Positions 12,601 through 26,400 of a DNA stretch of 64,000 nucleotides are shown one piece after another. The first letter of the stretch is position 1. Each line of letters begins with the position of its first letter. Below the pieces are notes generated by a model, which saw nothing but the letters and a program-made list of their open reading frames with translations, ran no database searches and was not told where the DNA came from. The stretch is from contig NC_086386.1 of the NCBI RefSeq assembly GCF_036588685.1, forward strand, positions 18,042,001 to 18,106,000, in the 5' to 3' direction. Source of the stretch: Mytilus trossulus. Lineage: Eukaryota. A program made the translations under genes and the position numbers.

Positions 12601-15463
12601 GCAAAAATGGGAACAAAAATTATAGAAAACACAAAACGAGATTTATATATGCATTAACCAGTAGTGGATTTTTTTTATTTCTGGTAAATTTTATTTATTC
12701 ATACTTGAGTTAGTGTTGCTATATCTTTTATTATTTCTTCGTCTTCCTTGTCGTCGATGAATTGTTGTTTTGCTTGGCTGAAGGCTTCTGACCAGTAAAC
12801 GTCGTAAATAACACAAAATTGTTTTGCCATTTGTGTAGGCATAGATTCTTCAATGCATTCTTCCGCAAATTCATTGTCGTATTTCAGGACTTCTTCAGGC
12901 TCAATACTGAAACCAGTTGTGAAAATATTCACACAGTTAATTTCAGTAGATAACATAAGTTTATCGTGCATTTCAGAACTCTAAATTGTATACCATTCTA
13001 GTTTTAAAGTGCTCATTTAGTCTTTTAGTCTTTTAGTTTGTTAAACGACAATGCGATGTGTATATGTATCAGGTTATCGAGTCAAACACAATTAAAGAGG
13101 GATGAAAGATACCAGAGAGACAGTCAAACTCATTAATTGACAATAAACTGACAACGCCATGACTAAAAATGAAAAGGACAAACAGACAAACAATAGTACA
13201 CATAACACAGCATAGAAAACTAAAGAATAAACAACACGACCCCCTCCAAAAACTAGGGATCTCAGGTGCTCCAGAAGGCATGTGGCACCCGTCGTGTGGC
13301 TTATGAGATAACAAATCCGGTAAATGGTCTATTTCGGTAGGTCACATTTATGAAAGGGAAAGGGACTGTAGTTATGATATAAGGAACATATTCGATATCA
13401 TTTGTGTAAGTTGCTAAGACTGTACGGAGTACATAATCTAAATGTAACAAAAAGTGTTTATGTTCTTACCCAAATCGTAATAAAGCAGATTCCTTCCAAA
13501 CATCAAAATTTGCAAGCTCTATACTTGATGGTTTGTTCAACTTGGACTCGACCGTATCTCTCTGGAATATAACATTGGAACATTCACATACCATAAACTA
13601 TTTTATGGCTTATTAAACTTAGTCTAGTTACAATTGTATTATGTTCACAGGTGCGAATCCAGCCATTTATAAAGACGGGATTCCTCACCAAAGATATAGG
13701 GGATTGAACTATATGTCCCGATTCAAATTTATTGATCGTTAAAATAAAAAAAGGGGGTTGCTTAGTCTTTCGTTTTTTATGTTGTGTCATTTGTATTATT
13801 ATTTGTCTGTTTTGGTTTTTTTTCATTATTAGCCATGGCATTGTCAGTTTACTTAAGTTCTTTCAGTTTGACATTCACTCTGGTATCTTTCTTCCCTCTT
13901 TTCCGACCCCTGCACTCCCGTGGATCTGCACTGGTCCACATTAAAAGTAAATTAGTCTAAATATGAGAGGAAAGTTGTAACTGATATACCTTCAGATATT
14001 TACACTCTGCAGCATCTATCTCCACACAGGCAGCCAGTACAGTTTTCTTCACTTGTTTCCATTTTCTGTTCAGCACTAATGTCAGAAATTCAAATACCAG
14101 TTTAACCTGAAAAAAGTATTCCTCAATTAGAATATACTGTATCCAATTTGTTGAATTAAACATTTACATTCGATGAAATATCATTAGATAATAAGCAGAC
14201 TACTTGAATCAAACTAAAAATATCTCTCCTTCCTTCATTTCTTCCTTTCTTTATTCACTCAAAGCAAGAAATACATTTTGTCTTAGATTTTAAAAATCGT
14301 TTTCCCTACACAAAGTAAATCTTTAAGTTAACTTCGTTTTCAAGAAGAATCTGAATTTGCATATGATTTGAACTATTTTCCACTTGTATATCGTATAATT
14401 CCTTATTAAAGAACAAAGTTTACGACACTGTGTAGTCTACATACATCATTTGCTATTTCTTCATTGATACTAATGATGGTCTGTATACTTGAAATGGCTC
14501 CCTCTGTTTCTGTTTTGGTTGGATACATTTTAAATGTTATCTTCGACCTAAGAAGTTTTTTACACTTCCGAAGAAAAGTTTCTAAATTGCTAAATTCATT
14601 CTCTAACTGTAAATAGATAAACTATAATTAAAATTAGCATTCATTTAAATTAGACAACATCTATAAAACAGCCGTTTCAAAGAAGACCAAGCTCAACTGT
14701 TTATATATGTACTCAGTGCTGGGGAATGACTGAGAAATATATCAACAGATTCTCCAGATTCCATAACACATGTCTGAGGAAGGTTATGAAAATATGCTGG
14801 CCAAACAAAATCGCAAACAAGAACTAAATGAGATAACAAACACCAAAGACATAGAGTCTTTATTGATACAAAAGATATGGAGATGGCTTGATCACGTACT
14901 ACGCAAACCATCTAAAAACATGAGCAATTTAACCCTTAGATGTAAACAAGTAGAAAAAAGAAAAAGAGATGGACCAACAAGCGACATGGAGACGTACTAT
15001 AGAAAATGAATTAAAGGAAAGAAGTTAACTGAGGTACAATAGAAAGAAAACCAAACAATAGATATAGAGAAGAGTGGATATACTTGCCCTATCCCTATGT
15101 GCCAAACAGCTTGGCAAGGACTAAATAAGAAAGTAGTGAAAAGTATGTCACTGACAATAATGATGAACATGCAATGTTGAAAGTGATAATGAAAAAGTTT
15201 CGAATCAGTGATGTCTTTGCTATAGAATTAATGAAGTATTACACAATTTTATTTTATTTAATTATGGACAAATTTAATTTTCTTAATATTGAAAGAGAAT
15301 TTATGTTCGGCATCACATGCGACACCTTTTATATCCCAATTCAAGATGATAAGTTAAAAATCAGAATAAAACAACTATGATTTTATAACCGCGGTGTTTT
15401 CATGACTACATGTACCTGTTGAAATATCCTTTCTTCCTCATCTTCTATGGTATCTACTTCCAT
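9648..15463 (-). CDS. G2: MIEAP-like domain protein, class A, ~377 aa, 8 coding exons
   Basis: Exons 15463-15416 (MEVDTIEDEEERIFQQ), 14606-14445, 14106-13990, 13561-13470, 12906-12705, 12348-12226, 11606-11499, 9929-9648. All GT-AG, open frame of 1134 nt. Motifs FCVIYDVYWSEAF, WNINVMETPMVLVW, VWPALLLNEGGPTMVRG. Confidence 0.85.
10131..10856 (+). mobile_element. Non-autonomous (internally deleted) PIF/Harbinger DNA transposon, 726 bp
   Basis: Perfect 25-bp TIRs GGGCCGGTTGTTCAACTTGTCGTTA at 10131-10155 and 10832-10856. 3-bp CTG target duplication at 10128-10130 and 10857-10859. Palindromic TTAACG..CGTTA subterminal repeats and an internal Myb/SANT ORF; no transposase. Confidence 0.9.
10373..10807 (+). 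CDS. Harbinger-associated Myb/SANT-like (trihelix) DNA-binding protein, 144 aa, probably C-terminally truncated
   Basis: RERKPNFSEAEVNLL...KRKTAVWGRIS..VSSLGVAHRSAKECKDKWGN..K...KTGGGP is the typical Myb/SANT-like DNA-binding signature of Harbinger ORF2. It lies between the TIRs and ends at a possible donor (G|GTTAG) about 50 bp from the right end. Confidence 0.85.
   Translation: MADLSSASACNQSNAKKTRERKPNFSEAEVNLLQDEVEKNYAVINDKFGSSLTNKRKTAVWGRISVMVSSLGVAHRSAKECKDKWGNTKKEAKKIFSVNKRDQGKTGGGPQAKPVSVAVHRTIDLCKDSASFKGIGGVESCIIG
11119..11313 (+). repeat. Interspersed repeat family 3 (GGAGCACCTGAGATC…TTTCTATGTTGTGTCATGTGTACTA…CTGGTATCTTTCGTCCCTC)
   Basis: Further copies at ~13095-13300 (reverse), 13760-13900, 32680-32775, 37370-37495, 52165-52372 and 57290-57450. 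This family is the source of several spurious hydrophobic ORFs. Confidence 0.8.
14640..15135 (+). mobile_element. RTE-clade LINE 3' fragment in G2 intron 1
   Basis: The degenerate translation FHNTCLRKVMKICWPNKIAN / WRWLDHVLRKP...LRCKQVEKRKRDGPT resembles the C-terminal part of RTE ORF2 (LRW.GHV.R...GKR.RGRP); frameshifted. Confidence 0.75.
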
Positions 15464-16072
15464 TATGAATTCGTAATTATCTCCCTTTAAATCTAAAGTT
15501 GTTTTGAATTTCATTAAATTTTGTATATATACAATTTAAAAGTAAAGGCCAATTTTAGTATAATTATTTAAATGTGAAACCAATCAACTGTATATTTAAA
15601 CAATGAATTATATAAATCACTTACATGGAACACTTATTTATTTTAATTATATATGTTATTAAATTTCCAACTATAAGAAAAAGAAATAAACATTTGAATG
15701 TACATGTATAACGTATCATTTTACTATTCGACGAAAAACTAATTCTATTCATAGATGTAGAATCTTAATTACTATTTTACGTTAAAAAACAAGTAAATCT
15801 CTATTTTTCTTGTTTATAAATTGGGAGGCTATTTATCGAATTGAAAATGTGAATATTTGAAATGAAATACAAAAATGAATCTTTATATATGTAGCTGTTA
15901 TTTGTTTTAAGGTTATTAGGTAATTTGTTTGAATAAAGCATAGATTGAATCAGGGTTTATATGATCTTATATACTCTAAAATGAAACAAATGTTTTATAA
16001 GTAGCACTTTTACCAGTGAACATATGGATATGTTCCAATTTGTTTTCAATGAGTGAATAATTTTCGAAGGCA
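15464..16072. promoter_or_regulatory. Candidate bidirectional promoter between divergent G2 and G3
   Basis: Only 609 bp separate the two predicted start codons. The stretch is very AT-rich and has no recognisable repeat. Positional inference only. Confidence 0.45.
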
Positions 16073-19000
16073 ATGGACAGACAGAAGGTATGTAAAAACA
16101 TTTTGTAATATTATTATTGACAATAACTATGAATAACAATAATAAATGTAAGCATTACCAGCTTCATCAATTTACACGATTTGATTTGATTTGACTAGTT
16201 ATGGGATGAATATACTAATCAATTGAAGAATAATGATATGAATTTTAAAAAATAAAACTCGAATCATAAAAGATATCACTTAAAAAATTAGGTCACTTCA
16301 TAAAGCAAAACCTTCAGTTTACCGTCAATAACATGGGTTATTAAAAATTTATGTTTCATTGTTTCATTTAATTGTTGATAATGAATCTCTAGGGTTTTCT
16401 ACATGTCATTTTGTTCTTGTTGATAATTTTCATGTAAGCTTTGTCTTTCTGATAACCCTTTTGGTGATTATAAATTTCTAGACGGTTGAAACACATGTGA
16501 AACCATTTATCAATTGTAGTCTTGGATTTAAACATTCCTTCTACTTTTAAAAACATGGGAAATAAGAATGTTTCACTTAATGATTATAATGTGGCATCAA
16601 ACAAATTAGGCCTCTAATGCAGACATGTTCGGTGATTGTGTCCTTTAAGACATTACTCAGCAGCTTGTACTGTCTGGTGTAGTGGACACAAATTTATAGT
16701 CTTGCATATATTTTGTATGAATTTTATACTAAATCAGAGATGAGTAGGTTTGATCAAATTTTTACGACTTAATTACAATTTTCAGATAAATCTAGCTTTT
16801 ATTCGGTTAGAACATTTCTTAGAACAATGTGCGAAACTGAAGAGACCAAATCCGCCAAGTTTGCCAACACCAGAAATGGCGAAAAATATTCGGGACGAAC
16901 TTGTATTTCTTTTAGACAATGTCCAGGAAATTACTTGTGACGATGTAAGTATCGAACAATAAATGATACTAATACGTGTACACAATAAAAACGGTAATAG
17001 AACTACATACTGCACATTTAAAAAATACCGTTACACAAAACCGAGGTTGGTTTTCATCGACCTAATAACAGTTGTTTTATTGACTTCATGGATACAAATG
17101 TTTGATGAAATATCGAAACGACAAACAACTTATGTATAACAGAGTATTATGGCAGATGTGGAAAAATTACTATACAACACGTACCAATAGTTTAAAGTTG
17201 TAGGGAAGTACTTCAATAGACAAACATCATGTAGCATGTCCATTTACCATGATTTTAAATTGGTTTAAAATGTGAAAATGATGAAAATCTACTAAACACA
17301 ACAAAATTTGACATTGTGTAGCATTTTGTAAAAAAAACAAAATACAATAAAATAGATATCAGCCACTGTTGTAGTTAACCATATTTTTGTACTCATATTA
17401 TTTATGTTTCTTCTTTGAATTGTTTCATATCTAATTTACTTTGAAATACTCATTTCAGTTGCCATCTGTACTTGAAGTTGTTACAAACGCCAGAAAGAAC
17501 GATATTCCCGGTATTCATAGATACAGTGATAAGGCACTAGAAGAATTCTTGATAGCAAGAAGTAACTTTATTAGACGGGTATTAATTATCTCTATATTAA
17601 TTAAACACATAGGAAAGGGGGGATATCACTATTTTAAAGTATAAAAAGAATTTCAATATATCAGAATTCTAGCGACGTAGGAGAATGGATTCCAATGTCA
17701 AGTAAGGAATCTGGCATGCTTGCCAATGAGTTTATTTCAAATGACGTGGATGCAATCATATATAATGTGTTTCTCTTGGTTTTAGTTTGTAACCCATAAT
17801 TGTTTTAGTTTGGTGTCGATTTATGAGTTTTGAACACCGGTAATATACTGTTGCCATTATCTATAGGTCACCTGGCATAACTTTTTATATAAAATTGAGA
17901 ATGGAAATGGGGAATGTGTCAAAGAGACAAGAACCCGACCGTAGAAAAAAAACAACAGAAGGTCACAAGAAGGTCTTCAATGTAACGAGAAATTGTCGCA
18001 CCCGGAGGCGTCCTTCAGCTGGCCCCTAAACAAATATATACTAGTTCAGTGATAATGAACGCCATACTAATTTTCAAACTACATCTACAAAATGTTATCG
18101 CAAAAATGAGTTAAATCAAGCTGAATTCAAATTGTTCATATTGTGATGGGTTTTTATTTTTATTTCTTACGCCAAATGAGTAACAGTTATTTCATGTTAA
18201 TTTCAGGCAGATGTAAATACTTTTAACGGATTTGAATTTCCGCCTACTGTGAAACCAACATTCATTAAACCCAAAGAAACTAGTAAAGTAACCGAATGGC
18301 GTCAACAGGGTGAAAGGGAGAGGTATGATTATAAATTTGCATACATTTGTATCATCTGTTTTAATAATATCGATAACAAAATCAATAAATACATATCTTA
18401 TTGCATGTTCCTGAACAAGTTAATTTAGGATATTCCCAAATGGTTGCCTTTTGTCCTCTATTGCATTTGGTATTGTTTGCATATCCATGATGGTAATGTA
18501 AAATTTATTCGTTTTTAGATAACGCTTATCTTTTATTGAAAACGTTCTGTGAATCTTAAGATGTATTTGTGTCGTTAGGTTGAAAGTCATTTCGTACCAT
18601 AAACATTTCGTATCTCTGCCATTTCGTGCCCAACATACCCATTTCATTTCCAACTTTACCGTTCCGTCCCCATGATAAAAAGCATTACCTTCACATGTCA
18701 TTATTTCCTGTCGCATAACTTGCTTGACTGTGTTTCCCGTGTTTGTTTTTACTATATGTCCTTTTATTTAGGTTTTGTTATTCTACTGGTTTAGATTAAA
18801 AAGAGAAGAGTTGAAATCTTTAAAAAGATAACAAGTTGACCAAAGTCTAGTGATTTCATATTTTCATGTGCCTGTCTCAAGTCGAAAATCTCGTCGGAAG
18901 TTATCCGATATCACGTTTTTATTTTTTTCGTTCATTAGAGAATTCAATCTTTAATAATGGCATATATCAATCTTTTCTGTTTAAGTTATTACCCAAACTT

Positions 19001-21360
19001 TTGTTTAGACAAAATACAACTTAAACTTGTTGTTGTTGAGGCCATTGGTGTACTATTGTTGTCGTTCTTGACGTATACTCCACGTCTGATTGTGCTGATA
19101 CAATTAATACAAGTACTTGTTATTAATTGCCTTTTTTAAACATGTTTAGCTCGAACCAGTAGGTTTTTCCTTTTGTAAATCTTCTTTATTATGGACTTTC
19201 CGAACAGATTTTCCTCTAAGTTCAGTATTTTTGTGATTTTACTCTTCACTTATTGAAGATAATAAAACCTACCCTTTGATACCTTACTATACAATTTGTG
19301 TTTTGTTCATTGTTGAAGGCTTAAGGTATCTTTATGGTCATGGACGTTGTTTAAAAATCTTTATGCATTAATCTTATCTAATCAATTTGCAATCCCATCA
19401 TATCTTCTTGATTTTTCATTCATGCAAAATAACCATAAATTGTATAAATTTTTTTCTCTATTCAACCATAAGTTCATCGATTTATTTTGACTTGCAAAGG
19501 ATAGAAACAAGGTTGAACAACAACCCAAACATAACAGACCTCAGCGATATGAACAGACCTACCAAGGTGGCTGAAAAGTTCAACAGTTTATATGATAACC
19601 AATGGACAGATGCATTTGAAGATCTGAGAAAACTTTACAAGCATGAAATAAACGGTCAAGAAAGAGCCATTTCAGAAATGGCCACCATCTTAAAGGTATT
19701 TTATTTATAATTTTTTATCTGTAAGTAAACGTTTCAGAACCACATGAAATATATATTACATACATTTATCAATACATGTCGTTAGAAAAGATTTGCACAA
19801 TAGTAACTTTTCATTTGTCCGATTATTTCTGAAGTCGATTTTTATATTAATATTAAAAATACTCTAATTTTTGTACAGAAGGCATTTGAATATACAGCGG
19901 AAACTGCAGAAAAACAGACTCGTAAAATAGCCATGTCCATGAAAGAATTAATGATTAGTCCAACTGGTGATTCATTTATTAACAACGAACTTGACAGTCA
20001 GGTAAAACTTCTTAATTTCATTTCGTCTTTTTCTTTCTTATTCGATCTTATTGAGTCGTGGGATAGCCATTTAGTTCAATTTAACTAAAACTAGAGGTAT
20101 GTTCACCTATAGTCATTTGTTAAAAAACACACGTTTTCGAAAACAATAAAATTGATTTGTAATCTCAGACTTAATTCATAATGTGATACAAAATTAATAA
20201 ATTCTTTTGAATTTCTTATAATATCTTACCTCAAAGTTTTAACGGAATTGCCTTTTCTGTGTTTTTTTAATGTTGTTTATGAAGAAATTATGACCTTTAT
20301 TCAGATGACTGTAGCTCTTGAATTGTCTTCTCTATTCCAATAATTGTGAAAAAAAATCTTTGGTTTTTGTTTGTTTCACATTTATTAGGTTTATGAATTA
20401 TTAGTATTTGATTTTTAGCATAAACATGTTGATATTGACCCGCTTTGTGAGGTTCGTTTCACAAGATATGCAAAGCAGTGTATAAAAGAAAATGCAGAAT
20501 TGAGCCTGCCAGTATTACATAAGGTATTCGGTTAAATTCTTAAAACATATTTTGTAAATGTTTTCATTGAAATGCATGTTTTACCAAACAGTACTGCCTC
20601 TTGACAAAATTATGGATGATAAAAAGAAATGTGCAAGAAACATGAACCCAACACACATGTACACTCGTTTTCTACTGGAGATGCACGGAAAGAAGAAAAC
20701 CTCTATTTTTTATAAACTTTGTTTTTATTACATTCGCTTTGCGTTGTAAGGTATATAAACATACTAAAGAATTTAGATAGAGATTACAGATAAAAAGTCT
20801 GTATTTGACCATATGTTTTGGACAGAGTGTAATAATGTCATAGGGCGAAGACAATATTCCATTGCCACTGAAAATAAGTAATACAGGCACAGTTAATATA
20901 TATAATCTTAAAGTTAAAAAGGTACTAAAATTAATGTGTTATTCAAAGGTCAAATTGTTTCATTTGTATACCCTATGCGACGTGATAAACAGAAGTTCCA
21001 TATCATTTATTTAATTTAAATCCGATACTTGGAGGGGACATGACATACGGATAATTACATTGTATGTTTTGCTTTTAGAATTTTGAATGGCAATTTCGCC
21101 GCGAGCGAATTAGAGATATTCTTACAATTCCAAGTGTAAAATCCTACAGCCAAAAGTGTTTACAGATAGCGTGGTTTATGAACATTCAAGATCCACCCAT
21201 GACCCTTTTATGGCCAGCTGATGTGAAAAGGGGTGATATAACAGCAACTTTTAGATTTTTTACGAGAAGCGGAACGATCTTACAACATGAGGTGTGGCCG
21301 GCCTTACTGCTGACTAGTGATGGTCCGATGATGACAAAAGGGGTGGCTCAGTTCAAATAA
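16073..21360 (+). CDS. G3: MIEAP-like domain protein, class A, ~371 aa, 8 coding exons (only + strand copy)
   Basis: Exons 16073-16087 (MDRQK, tentative), 16786-16944, 17459-17578, 18207-18322, 19500-19695, 19879-20001, 20419-20523, 21079-21360. All GT-AG, open frame of 1116 nt. Motifs NNPNITDLSDMNRPTKVAEKFNSLYDNQWTDAF, WFMNIQDPPMTLLW, VWPALLLTSDGPMMTKGVA. Confidence 0.88.
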
Positions 21361-23411
21361 AAATGGATTTATTTTTGCTGGTAACATGTCTATTTTCGTC
21401 AGTGATATATGACAGAACAAAAGAAAATACTATACATTCATAGATGAAGTCAGTTACTGTCTTGAAATATGTGACTGTCAGTGGATACAGACAAATCTTA
21501 CTGCTAACAAAGCCCATGTTCTTAACAGAGAAGCAGCACATACCCATTTTTATTTTTTTAGACTTATGCATAACTGTTAACTTATATTGCTTCAATAGGC
21601 CCCCTTTCCTTAAGAATAGGTCATTAGATATTCTCTACATTAAATAATACGCGGTTTCAAAATTGCTAAAAAGGTAGTTTTTAAGCTAATTGTTATTTAA
21701 GTCTGGCAGTAAACGCATCTGTATATCAATACATGTATTAGCTGTTCTCTGCTATTGACTCTTTTTACAAAAAATCGTTCGGGTAAAATCAGTAGCAAGC
21801 CCTGAATATTTTTTTAACTTATAGTTACAAAATGGATGCTGGTTCGTTTTATTCATTAGTAAGAAAAAATATTTATGTGTGCGAGTAAGAAACATGTCTA
21901 TCTGTAGACTGTAGATACGTGATTTAGTTATTGATTTATGTTTTCATTGATCTCTTTTATTTTGCTGTCTCATTTCTCAAATCTTTGAAATCGTTTATCA
22001 CATTAAATTTTCACTCTGCACAATGCATAAGTACAAAGCAGAGTCCAAACTTATATCACATTTGTATGTCTTCATCCGCAATAAACATGCAATAGTTGTC
22101 ACTGGACATTAAAAAGTCATCAATCCTAAGTCCACTGCATAACATCTCTTTCATAGTTTATTAATTGTAAAAAGGGTTTGAGGAAGAATGTAAGAATACG
22201 AACAATGATATAGATGTTTTCATTGAGCCAACATTCATGCAAATGTGTTTGTGATTATTTCATGTCATTATGTCTCTACTTACATTCTACTTTATATTAT
22301 GCTTCTTCCTGACCTTGATATTTCTAACCTATTAAATGGATTTTTCTTCAGTCTGTAAGGATATTTTTTACCATACGGTCCACAAAATACGGTGAAACTG
22401 CTTTCGTTTTGACTAATTTGTTTTTAACTGTTTGAAAACAACTTATTGTTATATCAAATTCATGTTAATAAACGATTATTGGGTGTTTATAGTGAGTGCT
22501 ACACGTAATGAAGCCAATTTGTGACTTCACGTATCCTTTAATCTATTTTGACCGATAGTTCGTTTGAGTAAAGGTAACAATGATAGGTTGATATATTTGA
22601 TTAAAAGAGTGTATATCAATTTGGTAATTCCTAATTTAAAGCAATTCTTAAATGTTTCCTTGTTATTTGTCATCATGAAAATCATTTTGCAACAGATCTA
22701 ATTTGTTGCTTTTCTTGTATTCTTTATGTTTCTGTTTGTTCTAGATCTACTAGTAATGTGAAGTACAATTAACTCCATTGGAGTGTATACCAGCTATCAT
22801 ATGTTATTAGCAGGTAAAGTAATTAGAGCTTGCTTTCAGAAAATGATAGCATTTTTACGGTATTATTTGTAATTGTCAAGCTTTGACTTTTGTTTTGTTG
22901 TTTATCATAACGTAAAAGACAGAGGTTTTTTTTTGTACTGAATTTTTATGTGTCCTTTTCTTTCTTTAATCTAATGATTGAGATTGAAAAGAGAGGAGGT
23001 TGAGATTTTATTGTATCTTCGCATCAAACTTTAATGGATCCTACCGTTTTTTATTTCATTTGGAGAATTTTTTGTTGATTTTACATTTATGATGTCTCAA
23101 ATAAAATTTATTTATGTTTTAGACATGGTACTATTGTAGCTTGATATTATGTTTGGACACATGTCTATTGTTGAGACTATAGGTTAACATCATGATGTTT
23201 TGTCGTGTGTTGCTGACGAACTAATGTATAACACCCTAGCATATTCTTCAATTGATATTTATATCGACCAACATTGTTATTTAAAAATGTTTAAAAGTGA
23301 TTTTAAAAATAATGAAATGCACATCAATGTGAGAAAATATGCAAATTATTTGAAAGAAACATGCATAAATAATATAATTTCAAATTTTTAATGGCAATGC
23401 AATAAATGGAA

Positions 23412-26400
23412 TTAATTCCTAAATTTTGCTACGCCTTTAACCACCATAGGACCATCTTTGTACAACAGAAGTGCTGGCCAAACTTCATGATCAAGGACTG
23501 TTCCTGTTGCAGTGTAGTATCGGAAAATGTCTGTTAAATTTTCCTGTGAAACCATATCTGGCCATAACAGTACCATTGATGGGTCTTGAACATTCATAAG
23601 CCATGTTAATTCTATGCATCTTTCTGTGTATTTTTTCACTGATGATAATTTTGTTATATTTGCTGTAACTTTACTACTTGGAAAGGCGTGGACCATGAAA
23701 TTCTATAAAAGAAGAGTTCATGTTAAACAATTATGTAAATAATCCTTGCAAAAATACCATTTTGGAATCACAATATTTGCTTTGTGAATTACTTTACCAT
23801 TTAAAAAAAAATGATTCCAACAACAACATATGATTGTTAAATAAATATAAGAAGATGTGGTATGTGTGCCAATTAGACTACTCTCCATCCAAATCACAGT
23901 TTATAAAAGTAAACCGTTAATGTCTTTATCATTAAAATTATCTTTTTTTTAAATCCTCTAATAAAATATTTTTTTCTTGCGAAACGCTTAAAATATATAA
24001 ATATATAAAGAGAAAAAAAAAGATTTTTTTGCAGATTTTTCTTCAACTGGTATTAAATGTCTTTGACAATTAAATATAAATATAAATAGTGCATGCATAT
24101 CAAAATGTGCAACATTGCATATTACCTTTTGTAGAGCAGGAACACTTAGATCAGCGGTATCCTTTATACAGATCAATGCATACTGTCCAAGTGTCTTGTC
24201 ATGTCGAAATGGATCGTTTGAATCTGTCTGTAAAACAGTTACACATAATATTAACAACTCAACTGTGGTTTACTTATTCTAAATGAATACAATGTGTTTT
24301 TAAAAATATACAATGCTAGGCATTGATTACTGTACATCAAACAGATTTATGAATGTTTAAATGAACTTCTGTCGCTTTTTTTCGGATTTAATATGCATGT
24401 TTTGTTAGTAGCTATATAACGTTCTATTAATTAAGTAGGAGTCAAACAATAAATACCTGAACCTTAAAGGGAAACAAAGAAAGCATGAAGCAGAAAGAGT
24501 TCGTCAGTAGTTGTCGATTTTTGGTGTGGTTTACCAAGTGTTTCTGGTTTTTTGTTTTTTTCTATAATGATAAGTCAGTTGGTTTAACTGTTTGCATCGT
24601 TTTACGCTATTCATTTTGGTGCCTTTTATAGCTTGCCGTTTGATGTGAGCCTAGGCCGTGTTGAATGCCGTACTTTGTCCTTAACTTGTTTCCTTTTTAT
24701 AGATTGTGACTTCAAATGACAGTTATCTGATTGGCTCTCATACCATGTCTTCTTAAGTCTATGGATATTAAAAACGCTTTCCCTTTTAGAAAGATGGAAA
24801 ACAAAATGAATAGAACTATTGATCTACAAAAAAACATACCTCCTGCTGTCTATCACTACAGGGATCTAGCATCATTTCTCTTGTTTGATGTGCAATTCTC
24901 TCTAGTTGTGTATCCACGTGTTTAGACGAATATTCAAATGTTGCCTAAAACAGAATAAAAGTTTGCCCGGATGTATATGTAGTATATATTCATTTATAGT
25001 TACAACTTCTAATCAGTGTTATTTTAAAATATTGCATGGTAGCAAATTACTTTGATTGTTTTACATTGTGTTTCCAATATAGGGTAAATATTAATGTTCC
25101 TGAGAATTGCATGTGTAGAAAATTGATTCAGATGAAGGAAGTTTAATTATTTATTAGCTCAGCCTGTATAGAATAAGAAACTTAAAGTATATATATTACA
25201 TGCTAGTAGGTAACAAACAAAAGTGATGAAAAAAATCAAAACCGAACCAAAATGGTAGTAGTAGTTTTAATATTCTAAAGCAAAACAATAACCAAGTTGA
25301 TATTTCATATATTAAGATGCCATGTTGTAATAATAAAAGCAATAATTAAGAATAACACGTTCTATAAATGATTCCTCTGCCATTACCGATATAATTCATG
25401 ACAAATTCTTCAAATTTTTTGACAAAAGAAATAAAATTATCATTATAGTAAAACATTGTTTACCTTAAGTATAGTAGCCAAATCAAGAATGCATCTTTTT
25501 TCTGTATGATGTTCTTGTCTGTAGAATTTAGTAAGCTCCTCGCATGCATCAGTCCAAAGATCGTCATATAAATTGCTGAATCTTTCTGCTATCTTACTTG
25601 GTCTATTTATATCACTGAGATCCGTGATGTTTGGGTTGTTGTCATGAAGAGCTTTGCTTGCTTGTTCGCCACGCCTAAAATATTTGACATGTTTTAATAA
25701 TTTAAGGGTATTAGCAGTAACATTAATATTTCAATTGGAAGAATTTGTTTCTTTACGACTCAATTCACGTTGACGTTTATGTAATTAATGCACTTGAAAA
25801 TAATAGTGCAAATTTCAGGTTAAAATTTTTGGTCAAGGTAGTTTTAGATGAAGGTGAAGTCCAAACAACTTAAAACTTAGTATAGATGTTCCCTATGATA
25901 TGATCTTTCCAATTATGCAAAAATTAATTTCACGGTCACCACTTAACATAGAAAATGATAGTAGGAGTGAGCATCCGTGTACTATGGACACGTTCTTGTT
26001 TGTTTTTGAGTTTACTTGAATTTAGTCTTTCGAATTTAAACGAATTTTAATCTCATGACAAGAAATTGTTTTACCGTCTTTTTTATTAAAGGTATTGATA
26101 TTAAGAAAATAGAATTATGAATGTATTAAAAATGATGTTGTTTATGGAAATTAAAAATTTTCCACGTAGAACCCCAATTGATGTTACTAAGGTTTTTTTG
26201 TTTCGGGATTTTCTTCGTATCATGAATATATAAGAAAACACGAATACGCAATTTTATTCTATCTTTTGAAATGGCTATTGTTTATACCGTTTAAATTCTT
26301 CTTGTTGTTCCAGCCTTTCAGATGCAATTACTTCTGGGTCCGGCAAAATGGTTTCCTCTATGTTTGTATCTTCCAATTTATCTAAAGCGAGACGCAGTTG

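Noticed and set aside
11030-13944. Similar Cys/Phe-rich hydrophobic ORFs (11030-11335, 13069-13314, 13732-13944) resembling a small membrane-protein family
   Set aside because: They are chance translations of T-rich repeat family 3, with variable frames and ends.
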